A DNA stretch of 48,228 nt from Candidatus Levybacteria bacterium RIFCSPHIGHO2_01_FULL_36_15b (GTDB lineage: Bacteria > Patescibacteriota > Microgenomatia > Levybacterales > UBA12049), in NCBI GenBank assembly GCA_001782045.1, contig MFNK01000002.1, forward strand, positions 1-48,228. Reading direction: 5' to 3'. The position numbers and the translations under genes were made by a program. The notes beneath the pieces were generated by a model. The model worked only from the letters and a program-made list of their open reading frames with translations, did no database searches and was not told the DNA's origin. This document shows, piece by piece, positions 28,186 through 37,190 of this stretch. Every line of letters begins with the position of its first letter. The first letter of the stretch is position 1.

Positions 28186-29051
28186 AATTGTTTTTTAATT
28201 ATATTTAAACCTGCTTGAAAAGAATTCATGCCTACTCCAAGCTTTTGTATTTTATCATTGTTAAGTGCTGATGAAAAGGGTTCAGGCGGCCTTCCTATCA
28301 AAAACTCTTTTCTTGTAATTTTGTGGACCAGTAAACTATCAAGATTAAAAATCTTCGTAATTAAAATTGCTGCGTCATATATACTTAAAATTTCACTTCC
28401 CACTATATTGTATATGCCTTTTGAATCTTTCTTAATTAAAACATCTAGCGCATTTGCAATATCATCGATAAAAGTTGGGCTAATAATTCTATCTGTTAAA
28501 GCAGTTATTTGCGTACCATCTGTAAGGATTTTAATAAAAAGACGCACAAAATCTAATTTCTCAAAAGACGCTCTATACGGATAAGCAAGCCGCATGATAA
28601 GCCAGGGTGTAGGAAGTTCCCTCACAATTTTCTCCGCTTCATATTTAGTTTGAGCATACCAACTTAAGGGATTATAATTTGCATCTTCTTTAAAACCGCC
28701 ATCCGGCATATTCTCTCCGCCAACGACCATATCCGTTGAGAAATAAATTAATTTTTTTCCGGTTTCTTGACAAGCTCGAGCTACATTTTTTGTTCCTAAA
28801 ACATTAATTTTATAAGACTGACTATCTTCTTTTAGAGCTTTCTCTTCTTCAGCACCTTTAACATCCGTGTAAGCTGCTAAATGAATTAGTGTATTTGAAT
28901 CGGATGCTGAAAGGGCTTTTTTAACTGAATTATAGTCGGTTATATCTACTCCATTGCTTCTGCTAAGATTCTTAAAAGTATATTTTTCCGACAATAATTT
29001 AACTATCCTTGTTCCTATTAAACCATTCAGTCCGGTTCCAATTAATTTCAT
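28182..29051 (-). CDS. rmlD: dTDP-4-dehydrorhamnose reductase
   Basis: GLNGLIG, HLAAYTDV, FSTD, YAQTK (YxxxK), SPTFIDD. Confidence 0.85.
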   Translation of the reverse strand: MKLIGTGLNGLIGTRIVKLLSEKYTFKNLSRSNGVDITDYNSVKKALSASDSNTLIHLAAYTDVKGAEEEKALKEDSQSYKINVLGTKNVARACQETGKKLIYFSTDMVVGGENMPDGGFKEDANYNPLSWYAQTKYEAEKIVRELPTPWLIMRLAYPYRASFEKLDFVRLFIKILTDGTQITALTDRIISPTFIDDIANALDVLIKKDSKGIYNIVGSEILSIYDAAILITKIFNLDSLLVHKITRKEFLIGRPPEPFSSALNNDKIQKLGVGMNSFQAGLNIIKKQL

Positions 29052-29063
29052 ATCGAGGTTTTG

Positions 29064-30083
29064 TTATGCGTCTAAATTACCGAATTGTTTTTTGTAATAA
29101 TCTTTAAATTCACCTGATTTTATCTTTTTCCACCAGCTTTCGTTCTTTTTATACCATTCAACCGTAATTTTGAGGGCTTCATCTAAGTCATGCTTTGGCT
29201 CCCAGCCCAATTCGTTTTTAATCTTGCTCCAGTCTATATCATACCTTCTGTCGTTTCCCAATCTATCAGGCACCAGCTTTATTAAATCTTCGCTTTCACC
29301 AACCAGGACTAGAATTTTTTTAACAATATCTAAGTTTGAAATACCATTTCTAAGTCCTCCAACTAAATAAGTTTCCCCAATTTTTCCTTTCTGTAGAATA
29401 AGGTCAATTGCGGAAACATGATCATTAACAAATAGCCAATCTCTTTCGTTTTTTCCGTCTCCATGAATTGGAATTTTTTTATGTTCCAATGCGTTAGTTA
29501 TTGCCAAAGGAATAAGTTTTTCAGGATACATAGCGGGCCCAAAATTATTTGAACAATTGCTGATTGTTATTGGCAAACCATAAGTATAGTAATAAGCTCT
29601 AACTAGATGATCTGATCCTGCTTTTGTGGCAGAATACGGACTCCTTGGGTTATATAACGTATTCTCGTTAAATTTGTTTTTGTCATTTAAATCTAACGTT
29701 CCAAAAACTTCGTCTGTTGATATGTGATGAAATCTTTTAATGTTTTCTCTTCTTGCAACCTCAAGTAAAGTATATGTACCCACTAAGTTAGATTGTACAA
29801 ATGGCCATGGATCAAGAATTGATCTGTCTACGTGAGTTTCTGCAGCAAAATGAACAACGATTTCTACTCCTTCTATAACTTCTTCAACTAAAGACATATC
29901 TGAAATGTCACCTTTTATAAATTTATATCTTGGGCTATCCTGAACCTGTTGTAAGTTTGCTAAACTTGCTGCATAAGTTAAATTATCGAGGTTAGTTATT
30001 GAATCATCTGGATGGGAAGATAACCAGTGGTTAATAAAATGAGACCCAATAAAACCCGCACCACCAGTGACCAATAGCTTCAT
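29064..30083 (-). CDS. rmlB: dTDP-glucose 4,6-dehydratase
   Basis: TGGAGFIG, HFAAETHVDRSI, HISTDEVFG, SPYSATKA, EKLIP. Confidence 0.95.
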   Translation of the reverse strand: MKLLVTGGAGFIGSHFINHWLSSHPDDSITNLDNLTYAASLANLQQVQDSPRYKFIKGDISDMSLVEEVIEGVEIVVHFAAETHVDRSILDPWPFVQSNLVGTYTLLEVARRENIKRFHHISTDEVFGTLDLNDKNKFNENTLYNPRSPYSATKAGSDHLVRAYYYTYGLPITISNCSNNFGPAMYPEKLIPLAITNALEHKKIPIHGDGKNERDWLFVNDHVSAIDLILQKGKIGETYLVGGLRNGISNLDIVKKILVLVGESEDLIKLVPDRLGNDRRYDIDWSKIKNELGWEPKHDLDEALKITVEWYKKNESWWKKIKSGEFKDYYKKQFGNLDA

Positions 30084-30147
30084 ATTTATCTATTTATATT
30101 ACCATCTATTGTTTGTTAACACAATATTTTTCTGCTATATTAATGTC

Positions 30148-30777
30148 ATGTCTAAATACGATTTAATCATTTCCCCGACCGATGATTCATGGCCTAAAAT
30201 GATAAAAACAACAGAAATTCCGGGTCTTTTAATTTATCAAAGGGAAGTATTTGAAGATAACAGAGGGTTTTTTCATGAAATTATCGAGCTTAAAGATATA
30301 GAAAAAGTTCTTGGAAAGAAAATAAATATTGTTCAAAGTAATCATGCTAGGTCATATCCTAATGTAATAAGAGGCTTTCACGCAGAGCCATGGGAAAAAA
30401 TAATTTATGTTGCGAGCGGAGAAGCAATGGCTGTAATAGTAGACTTTAGGACAGACTCGGAAACCTTTGGAAAAGCAGTAAAAATAATGTTAGGAGAAAA
30501 AAATCACAATACTATCTATCTTCCTGAGGGCATGGGAAATTCTTTTTGTGTAATTGGGGATAAAACAGTTGAATATATTTACTACATTACTAATTATTTT
30601 GAAGGAAAACCTACACCCGCAGTATTTTATAACGATCCGATAATTATTAAACAGTTTGGGGGCTGGCCAATCGATAATCCTATTGTTTCCGAAAAAGATA
30701 AAAACTATCCAACACTAAAAGAAAAATTTGGAAATCTTGTGGATTTCTCAAAATTTTCCTGGCTACAAGGCGCTTAA
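30148..30777 (+). CDS. rmlC: dTDP-4-dehydrorhamnose 3,5-epimerase
   Basis: FEDNRGFF, QSNH..S...VIRGFH, cupin fold, IVSEKD. ATG 30148 lies 6 nt after TGCTATATT. Confidence 0.9.
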   Translation: MSKYDLIISPTDDSWPKMIKTTEIPGLLIYQREVFEDNRGFFHEIIELKDIEKVLGKKINIVQSNHARSYPNVIRGFHAEPWEKIIYVASGEAMAVIVDFRTDSETFGKAVKIMLGEKNHNTIYLPEGMGNSFCVIGDKTVEYIYYITNYFEGKPTPAVFYNDPIIIKQFGGWPIDNPIVSEKDKNYPTLKEKFGNLVDFSKFSWLQGA

Positions 30778-31686
30778 AGTTTTTCGCTCCAAAACATTTA
30801 TTCCCAGTTGAACCAAGTAGTAAATAAAAAATGAGTACTTATTCTTATAATTTTTTTCATAAAAAATTCTCATTGCTTTAAATCTTGCTATCTGCAATCT
30901 TTTTTTTGTCTCCAGATTAGCTGTTGTTATATTTTCGGAGTCTTTTTTTATGCCGCTAGCTGCTCCTCCTATGTGCATAATGCTAACTTCCCCTAAATAA
31001 TATATTTCATAACCTAATTTTTGAATATCAAAACATAATTGCAAATCCTCTCCGTAAAAGAAATAATCTTCATCCCACCATCCCACTTTCTCACCTATAT
31101 TGTAGGGAATCAACATGAATGCACCTTCTATTGCATCGACTTTATGAGTCGAATCTGAATTTTTCCAACCTTGGGTATAGCCTGAAAATAACCGGCTTTT
31201 TGGAAAAATTCTTTGTAATCCGGAAAAATAACAAAACGCGTTCCATGGAGTCGGAAAACCCCTATGGCAATTAAAATCAACTAAACCATCCTTGTTAATT
31301 AATTTACATGAAGAAGCGCCTACTTTGGGATTTTTATCCATAAAATCAATCATATGGTCTAAAGTGTCTTTGTATACTACCGTATCTGGATTTAAAAACA
31401 GTACATATTCGCCCTTTACATAAAAAATCCCTTTATTATTTCCTGCTGCAAAACCTAAATTAGACCCGTTATCAACTATTTGAAATAATTTTATACTCGA
31501 TGTCTTTTTATATTCATTAAGCGCTTCTATCGTTCCGTCTTTTGATTTATTATCACATACGATAAGCTGGAAAATGCCATCACTTACCTTATCTTTATAG
31601 TTTTTTTCTATAGATTTTATAGCATCAAGGGTTATATCTTTTGTATTGTAAGTAAGAATAATTACTGAAAGCTTAGGTGTATTCAT
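30763..31686 (-). CDS. GT2 glycosyltransferase (WbbL-like rhamnosyltransferase)
   Basis: NLGFAAGNN, LFLNPD, WDEDYFFYGEDLQLC. Confidence 0.85.
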   Translation of the reverse strand: MNTPKLSVIILTYNTKDITLDAIKSIEKNYKDKVSDGIFQLIVCDNKSKDGTIEALNEYKKTSSIKLFQIVDNGSNLGFAAGNNKGIFYVKGEYVLFLNPDTVVYKDTLDHMIDFMDKNPKVGASSCKLINKDGLVDFNCHRGFPTPWNAFCYFSGLQRIFPKSRLFSGYTQGWKNSDSTHKVDAIEGAFMLIPYNIGEKVGWWDEDYFFYGEDLQLCFDIQKLGYEIYYLGEVSIMHIGGAASGIKKDSENITTANLETKKRLQIARFKAMRIFYEKNYKNKYSFFIYYLVQLGINVLERKTLSAL

Positions 31687-32570
31687 TTAATGACAGATAG
31701 AGCCTCTTTGTATGTATTTTTTAAATACGAATTGCCGACTATGTAACCTATTAAGATTAATATTATTGCTTTAGTTATTAAAACCGTTTTTAAAATAAAA
31801 AATTCTAAATATGATCTGTGTTTTTTATAAAAATATAATAAATTCTTATATATATTTACAATTGCAAAGGTTCTATTAGTGGTACCATATTCTTTGTGGA
31901 GTATATTTAAATCGGGAAAGAAAAAAGTTTTATATCCCATTTTCTTTGCTCTATAACAAAGTTCCATATCCTCTATATACATAAACATATTTTCATCAAA
32001 TCCATTTAATAAGTTGAATATCTCTTTTCTTATCATTAAAAGTCCTCCTTTTACCCAATCTACCTCAGAAATTTTGTCAGGACTTTTATCTAAAAGTCTA
32101 TATTTTTGTAGACCTAAAAGTAACATAATGGCTTTTGCTAAAGTGTAAAAACTACCAGAACTTGGCTGCAAACTGCCATCAATATTTTTGAGCTGTCCGC
32201 CAAGAATGGCTACACTTGGACTTTGTTCTATATAAGTAACCATATCTAAAATACCTCTATCATTAACTACAGTATCGTTATTTAAAAAAAGTAAAAATTT
32301 TCCGCTTGAGCATGAGACTCCAATATTGCAGCCCTTACCAAATCCGTCATTCTTTTTATTTTCAATAATCCGAACATTATTATACTTTTTATCTTTAACT
32401 TCGGAATTTAAAACCTTTAAAGAGCCATCATTTGATGCGTTATCGACAATTATCACCTCAAATATATTTTCTGAAAATTCTTTTTTAAAATTGGTTATTA
32501 ATGAATTTAAACAAGAAATAGTTAAATTATATTTTTTATAATTAATTAAAACTATTGAAAGAAGCATCAA
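31683..32570 (-). CDS. GT2 glycosyltransferase (WbbL-like)
   Basis: VDNASNDGS, GFGKGCN, LFLNND, FDENMFMYIEDMELC. Confidence 0.85.
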   Translation of the reverse strand: MMLLSIVLINYKKYNLTISCLNSLITNFKKEFSENIFEVIIVDNASNDGSLKVLNSEVKDKKYNNVRIIENKKNDGFGKGCNIGVSCSSGKFLLFLNNDTVVNDRGILDMVTYIEQSPSVAILGGQLKNIDGSLQPSSGSFYTLAKAIMLLLGLQKYRLLDKSPDKISEVDWVKGGLLMIRKEIFNLLNGFDENMFMYIEDMELCYRAKKMGYKTFFFPDLNILHKEYGTTNRTFAIVNIYKNLLYFYKKHRSYLEFFILKTVLITKAIILILIGYIVGNSYLKNTYKEALSVIK

Positions 32571-32845
32571 ACTCTTCCCCCCACTATTATGAAAAAGATC
32601 ATAGATATACCAAGAAGACCAATTAGTAGGTACTCCAGCAATATTTTTGTACTTAGATCGTGATTTATCTTATGATGAACTATTCCCCATATAACGTAAA
32701 ATACTACAGTCAAAATTAGAGTCAAAAAAACAAGCGGCAAATTTGGATAAGAAACAATTGATGCAAAAAATCCTAAAACAAATATTAAAATCATTGAAAT
32801 ATAATACCCAAAATGTTTAAGAAACTTTTTCATTCTAAATAACAC
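32567..32845 (-). CDS. Small 3-TM membrane protein
   Basis: 92 aa, three hydrophobic helices, WGIVHH motif. Confidence 0.65.
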   Translation of the reverse strand: MLFRMKKFLKHFGYYISMILIFVLGFFASIVSYPNLPLVFLTLILTVVFYVIWGIVHHKINHDLSTKILLEYLLIGLLGISMIFFIIVGGRV

Positions 32846-33788
32846 TTCCTTTTAATAAAAAGAGAATTATAGCCAGTATCATCCCTAAGAATATTACGTG
32901 ATCCAGATTGTGACCTACAAATCTTAATATCTTTTTTCTTTCGATAATTACTACATCAAGAATAAGAACAAACATAAATAAAGTAACAGTTAAAGCAGCT
33001 ATGTTGGAAGAAAAAGTTTGCGCATTAATTAATGGCTTTATTTGTGAATTTGAAGCAAGCGCATTTGCTATGGCGGAAGGGGTTGCTTTTTCTTGAACTG
33101 GCTCCTTGACTTCTTCTTTAACCAAAGCAAGGGTTGGAGTTGGACTTGTTGTTTGCAAAGTAACTACAGGGGTTGGACTTATTGCTTGAACAGCTTGCTG
33201 TACGGCTACTTTATTTCCAACTGGCGCACCTGTATTTCCAAACATTTCAACAACCAAAACAGTATCTTCACCGGTTAAATTTCCTGTAACAACCGCAAAG
33301 CCAACATTGCTATACTTGCTGGACATAATATTATCTCTGTGAGTTGGACTTGCCAACCATGCGTTTAAAACATCACTCGTACTATTGTAGCCTCGTGCCA
33401 GATTCTCTCCTGCATAAATGTAGCTATACCCTGAATTTTTTATAAAATACCACGGCGTGGTCCCATCCGGAGCTATATGTGCCCAATAGTTTTTACTAAG
33501 CATATCATTTGCCTTATTATATGCAGCAGAAGTTAACTGACTATTTAAGGATAAAGGCGGGAGTCCATTCTCTTGCCTCCTTTGATTGGTTAATATTAAG
33601 AGCTCATCAGTAGAAACATTTGCCGAAATACCTAAAACTGATGGAAAATTTGCCCTTGTAAAAGACATTAAAATGCCGGAGGCAAAGAAAATAAGTATGA
33701 AAAAAGCCAATAACTGAGGATGCAAAATTCTTGCCCTATAATTATTAGATACTTGTGGGGTTAAAATATGACGCAATAATTTAAGCAT
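32835..33788 (-). CDS. CAP (SCP) domain membrane protein
   Basis: TNQRR..NGL..L, KANDML.KNYWAH, GENLA, WLASPTHRDNI, with N- and C-terminal TM helices. Confidence 0.85.
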   Translation of the reverse strand: MLKLLRHILTPQVSNNYRARILHPQLLAFFILIFFASGILMSFTRANFPSVLGISANVSTDELLILTNQRRQENGLPPLSLNSQLTSAAYNKANDMLSKNYWAHIAPDGTTPWYFIKNSGYSYIYAGENLARGYNSTSDVLNAWLASPTHRDNIMSSKYSNVGFAVVTGNLTGEDTVLVVEMFGNTGAPVGNKVAVQQAVQAISPTPVVTLQTTSPTPTLALVKEEVKEPVQEKATPSAIANALASNSQIKPLINAQTFSSNIAALTVTLFMFVLILDVVIIERKKILRFVGHNLDHVIFLGMILAIILFLLKGSVI

Positions 33789-33791
33789 ATT

Positions 33792-34697
33792 TTAATTATA
33801 TACGGCATTTTCCAAATCTCCAATCTTTTTATCATTAACCGGGATTTTTAAGAGAGACGACAAGGTGTTTGCAATGGTAATTCCTACCCTAATTCCAGTG
33901 AAAGAACCTGGACCTGTAGCAACTTTTATACCTGTTAAGTCTTTTATGCTAATTTCATTTTTTTTCAAAAATTCATCTATTAAGTTCAAAACAATCTCCC
34001 TTTTTTGTTCAGTTAAGGCTTTCTTAAATTTTATATTTTTATCGCCAATTTGTAGTCCTAGCTCAATTTCCTTGTTATTTGAAGTATTTATTAGAAGCAA
34101 AGCTTTTTTGTAAGACAAATTCTTAATCTTTAAGGCACCTTGTCTTAATGTCTTCCAAGGTTTTGTAGTGCAATCAATTACCGTAGAAATATTTTTTAAA
34201 CTACACTCTCCCACGACAACAAAATCTACCTGTTTTAAAAGATTTTTATCTACATCCTCTATTCTAAATGGCGTTTTTTCTCCATGAAAGTTTGCCGATG
34301 GACCAAGTAATGGAACTCCTACTTTTTCTATAATTTCTAGCATTATTGAATTATTCGGCATTCTCACTCCTATATTTTTTCCTCCTCCTCTAACGAGACT
34401 TGGAATTTTATCTATCTTTGCTAAAAACACTACTGTAAGTGCTCCCGGCCAAAATTTATTGATTAATTCAGACTCTACATCTTTTGGAATTTGCAAAACA
34501 TAGTCTTTAGCCATTTTTGTGCTTGAAATTAATACCGGTGTAGCTTGAGTATACGGTCTTTTTCTTAATTTAAAAAGTTTTTCAATTGATTTAACCTTAT
34601 CTATCCTACAGCCAATTCCGTAAGCAGTGTCAGTTGGGAAAATAATTATTCCTCCTTTATTTAAAACTTCGACTGCTTTTTGTATTTGATTATTCAT
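33792..34697 (-). CDS. tsaC: TsaC/Sua5 (YrdC) threonylcarbamoyl-AMP synthase fused to a truncated TsaB (YeaZ) domain
   Basis: N-terminal FPTDTAYGIG, K.R, FWPGALT, RMP, PSAN, STVID. C-terminal IKVATGPGSFTGIRVG is the TsaB motif. Confidence 0.85.
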   Translation of the reverse strand: MNNQIQKAVEVLNKGGIIIFPTDTAYGIGCRIDKVKSIEKLFKLRKRPYTQATPVLISSTKMAKDYVLQIPKDVESELINKFWPGALTVVFLAKIDKIPSLVRGGGKNIGVRMPNNSIMLEIIEKVGVPLLGPSANFHGEKTPFRIEDVDKNLLKQVDFVVVGECSLKNISTVIDCTTKPWKTLRQGALKIKNLSYKKALLLINTSNNKEIELGLQIGDKNIKFKKALTEQKREIVLNLIDEFLKKNEISIKDLTGIKVATGPGSFTGIRVGITIANTLSSLLKIPVNDKKIGDLENAVYN

Positions 34698-35115
34698 GTC
34701 TTTCCATTAGTATGCTTCTTGTATTTTCATCTACTTGTTTAAAGTGCAAATCAATTCTTTTTTGAGGCAGAACTTCGTTCAGTTTTTCCGCCCACTCTAT
34801 TGCAAGAATGTTTTCTCTGCTTTTTATAAGCTCTGTTATACCTAAAGGTATTAAATCATCTTTTCCGTAAATACGATATAAATCTATATGATAAAAGTTA
34901 TAATTTTTTATTTCATAACTTCTCATTATTATAAAAGTGGGAGAAATAATTCTTTTTGATATTCCTAGTCCTTTTGCAAGGCCCTGAACAAAAGAGGTTT
35001 TTCCGCTACCCAAATTACCATATAAACAAACTATATCGCCTTTCCTTAGTTTCCTTGCAAGCTTTGTTCCGATTTCTTGAGTTTGCTTAACGCTATTGGT
35101 TATTATTGTCTCCAT
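34690..35115 (-). CDS. tsaE: tRNA threonylcarbamoyladenosine biosynthesis ATPase TsaE
   Basis: GNLGSGKT, SPTF, YHIDLYR, IEW. Confidence 0.95.
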   Translation of the reverse strand: METIITNSVKQTQEIGTKLARKLRKGDIVCLYGNLGSGKTSFVQGLAKGLGISKRIISPTFIIMRSYEIKNYNFYHIDLYRIYGKDDLIPLGITELIKSRENILAIEWAEKLNEVLPQKRIDLHFKQVDENTRSILMERHE

Positions 35116-35956
35116 TTGTCTTTAATAAAGTCTTTATTTTAGGCCAGAAAACAACTATAACACAAAGACCAATAAAAACAATTCCTAGCAAAATTGATAT
35201 AACTCCAATCCAGTTTGTAAAGTTTATTGAAGCCAATTTAGTATTCTTTGGACTATCCTCTGATTCATTTTTATTTGTAAAAATTCCTAGGATTCCCTGA
35301 TTTTTAGATTTAGTGCCGGATGGAGAAATAGAAGCTTGTGCAATTTTGTCTGTTGGTGTTGGGGTAGTTGACTTAGTCGGTGTTGGGGTTTTGGTCGGAG
35401 TTGGAGTTTTGGTAGGCGTAGGAGTTTTGCTTGGGGTTGGAGAATTTGTTGGAGACGAAGTTGGAGCTTGAGTTGGCGTGTGCGTTGGACCCGATATAGC
35501 AATTATTGTTTCAGAAGACCATGTTGGAGAAGAACCACAACTTGAGGTATAACTATAACGTCCGACTTTGAACAAATATTCACCCGGGCCATTGTAATTC
35601 GAATTTTCTTTGTCGGGCTTGAATTTTAATGTTCCACTCCAACTACCACTTTGCAACTCACTTTGTGCAATTTTAAAAAATGTAGTGCAATTTGCTCCTG
35701 TTTCATTACTCCAGTTTCCGTTATTATCTTGCGTATAGCCAAAATAACTGCTTCCGCTTGGATAAAAAATACCACGAATATAAGAGTCGCTACAACCTGA
35801 ACACACTAAATTTACATTAACCCCAAATTCCCCTGACTCATCCACAGAAGAAGGATAATTATTTATTGTAACCGTTACTGCCAAAACCGAATTTGTCTTC
35901 GGCACAAAGAGTAGAAATAAGATAAAAATAGCTCCTGTAAGAAGAGCTTTTCTCAT
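35093..35956 (-). CDS. Surface protein with Ig-like N-terminal domain, Thr/Pro-rich stalk and C-terminal TM anchor
   Basis: Signal peptide, Cys pairs, PT-rich linker, TM helix WIGVISILLGIVFIGLCVIVVFW. Confidence 0.75.
   Translation of the reverse strand: MRKALLTGAIFILFLLFVPKTNSVLAVTVTINNYPSSVDESGEFGVNVNLVCSGCSDSYIRGIFYPSGSSYFGYTQDNNGNWSNETGANCTTFFKIAQSELQSGSWSGTLKFKPDKENSNYNGPGEYLFKVGRYSYTSSCGSSPTWSSETIIAISGPTHTPTQAPTSSPTNSPTPSKTPTPTKTPTPTKTPTPTKSTTPTPTDKIAQASISPSGTKSKNQGILGIFTNKNESEDSPKNTKLASINFTNWIGVISILLGIVFIGLCVIVVFWPKIKTLLKTNGDNNNQ
35351..35489 (-). repeat. Degenerate 18-nt coding tandem repeat (TPTPTK)n
   Basis: Encodes PTHTPTQAPTSSPTNSPTPSKTPTPTKTPTPTKTPTPTKSTTPTPT. Confidence 0.8.
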
Positions 35957-35989
35957 TATTCAGAGCATAACAAAAAATTCATTAAATTT

Positions 35990-37186
35990 TCAATTGGAAT
36001 AGACGTGAAGATAGAAAGTATCTAAACCATCATCGTTGTGATCCACCCTAACATAAGGCAACGTACATCCTTTATATCCTGCATAGCTACCTCTAAACAT
36101 AGTGCCGGATTTAACAGCTCTTACTGTTAAAGATGGACCAGAGATATCAATACCGTTATGGGTGGGATAAAAATGATAAGTTCTAACGTACCATGTATCA
36201 CCAAATCCCTGATTAAACTTAATTGGCGAATCTATCGGCCAATCCCAGCTTCCAGAAGGATTAAACGTATCCCCTCCTGAATTATCCGTGTATTCAATAG
36301 ATTTTAGAAATCCGAACGGGTCTTGCGCAGATCCATCTCTACTTACGGTAAAATGCAAATGAGGGCCCGTTGAATTACAGGAAGCAGTTGGAATAATCGT
36401 GGCAATTACATCTCCTTGATTTACCTTTCTTACCTCACTTTCTGTTCCTTTACCAGCAATAATCCCTACAATGGCTTCATATTCGGCTTTAGCTTGTGCA
36501 AGAAACCTCTGGTAATTCGCTTCACTCCCCTGAGTTTCTGAAAGCAATCGTTGTTTAGCTTGTTTTTCTTGATCAAGTTGATTTGTATAAGCAACAAGCT
36601 GTGCTTTCAATTTTTCTATTTCTTTCTTTTTATCTTCATAGATTTCTTTTTGGTTTGTGTAATCGATTTTTGCCTGCTGGGTTTCATAAATAAGCTTTTT
36701 GTCGTGTGCCTGAGCCCTTCTTAAATAATTAAGTCTCGATAAAAAATCTGAAGCGTCGGTTGATGTGAGTAATATTTGCAAAGGCTGAATAGTGCCAATT
36801 TCATAAGTAGCAACTACTCTATTCATCAACACCAAAACTAATTCATTTAAAGAATTCTCGAGTCCGGATATTTTTTTTGTTGCCGTATCAATATCGAGCG
36901 TTAAATTTGTTATTTGTTCTTCGGTTGAAGCAATTTGGTATTCCGTAAGCTTAATTTGATTGTTCATTACTGCAATTTGCGATGATAAAGTTCTCTCTTG
37001 GCTTTGTAAATCGCTTATTTTTGATTGAAGGTCGTTAATTTTTTTCTGCAAATCTGAAACTTGTTGCGAATTATCGGGAGTAGGCGTGGGTGTTGAGGTT
37101 TGCGCATTTGAAAAAGATGCAAAAATAAGAACTAAACCTAAAACTAATAATATACTCAGATGTCTAAAAAATCTATTAAGAAACAT
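35990..37186 (-). CDS. Coiled-coil protein with M23 peptidase-type domain (EnvC/PcsB-like FtsEX partner); M23 halves in permuted order
   Basis: Signal peptide, long coiled coil, STGPHLHF..DP, then WP..HNGID..YLH. Directly downstream of ftsX. Confidence 0.8.
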   Translation of the reverse strand: MFLNRFFRHLSILLVLGLVLIFASFSNAQTSTPTPTPDNSQQVSDLQKKINDLQSKISDLQSQERTLSSQIAVMNNQIKLTEYQIASTEEQITNLTLDIDTATKKISGLENSLNELVLVLMNRVVATYEIGTIQPLQILLTSTDASDFLSRLNYLRRAQAHDKKLIYETQQAKIDYTNQKEIYEDKKKEIEKLKAQLVAYTNQLDQEKQAKQRLLSETQGSEANYQRFLAQAKAEYEAIVGIIAGKGTESEVRKVNQGDVIATIIPTASCNSTGPHLHFTVSRDGSAQDPFGFLKSIEYTDNSGGDTFNPSGSWDWPIDSPIKFNQGFGDTWYVRTYHFYPTHNGIDISGPSLTVRAVKSGTMFRGSYAGYKGCTLPYVRVDHNDDGLDTFYLHVYSN

Positions 37187-37190
37187 AAAA

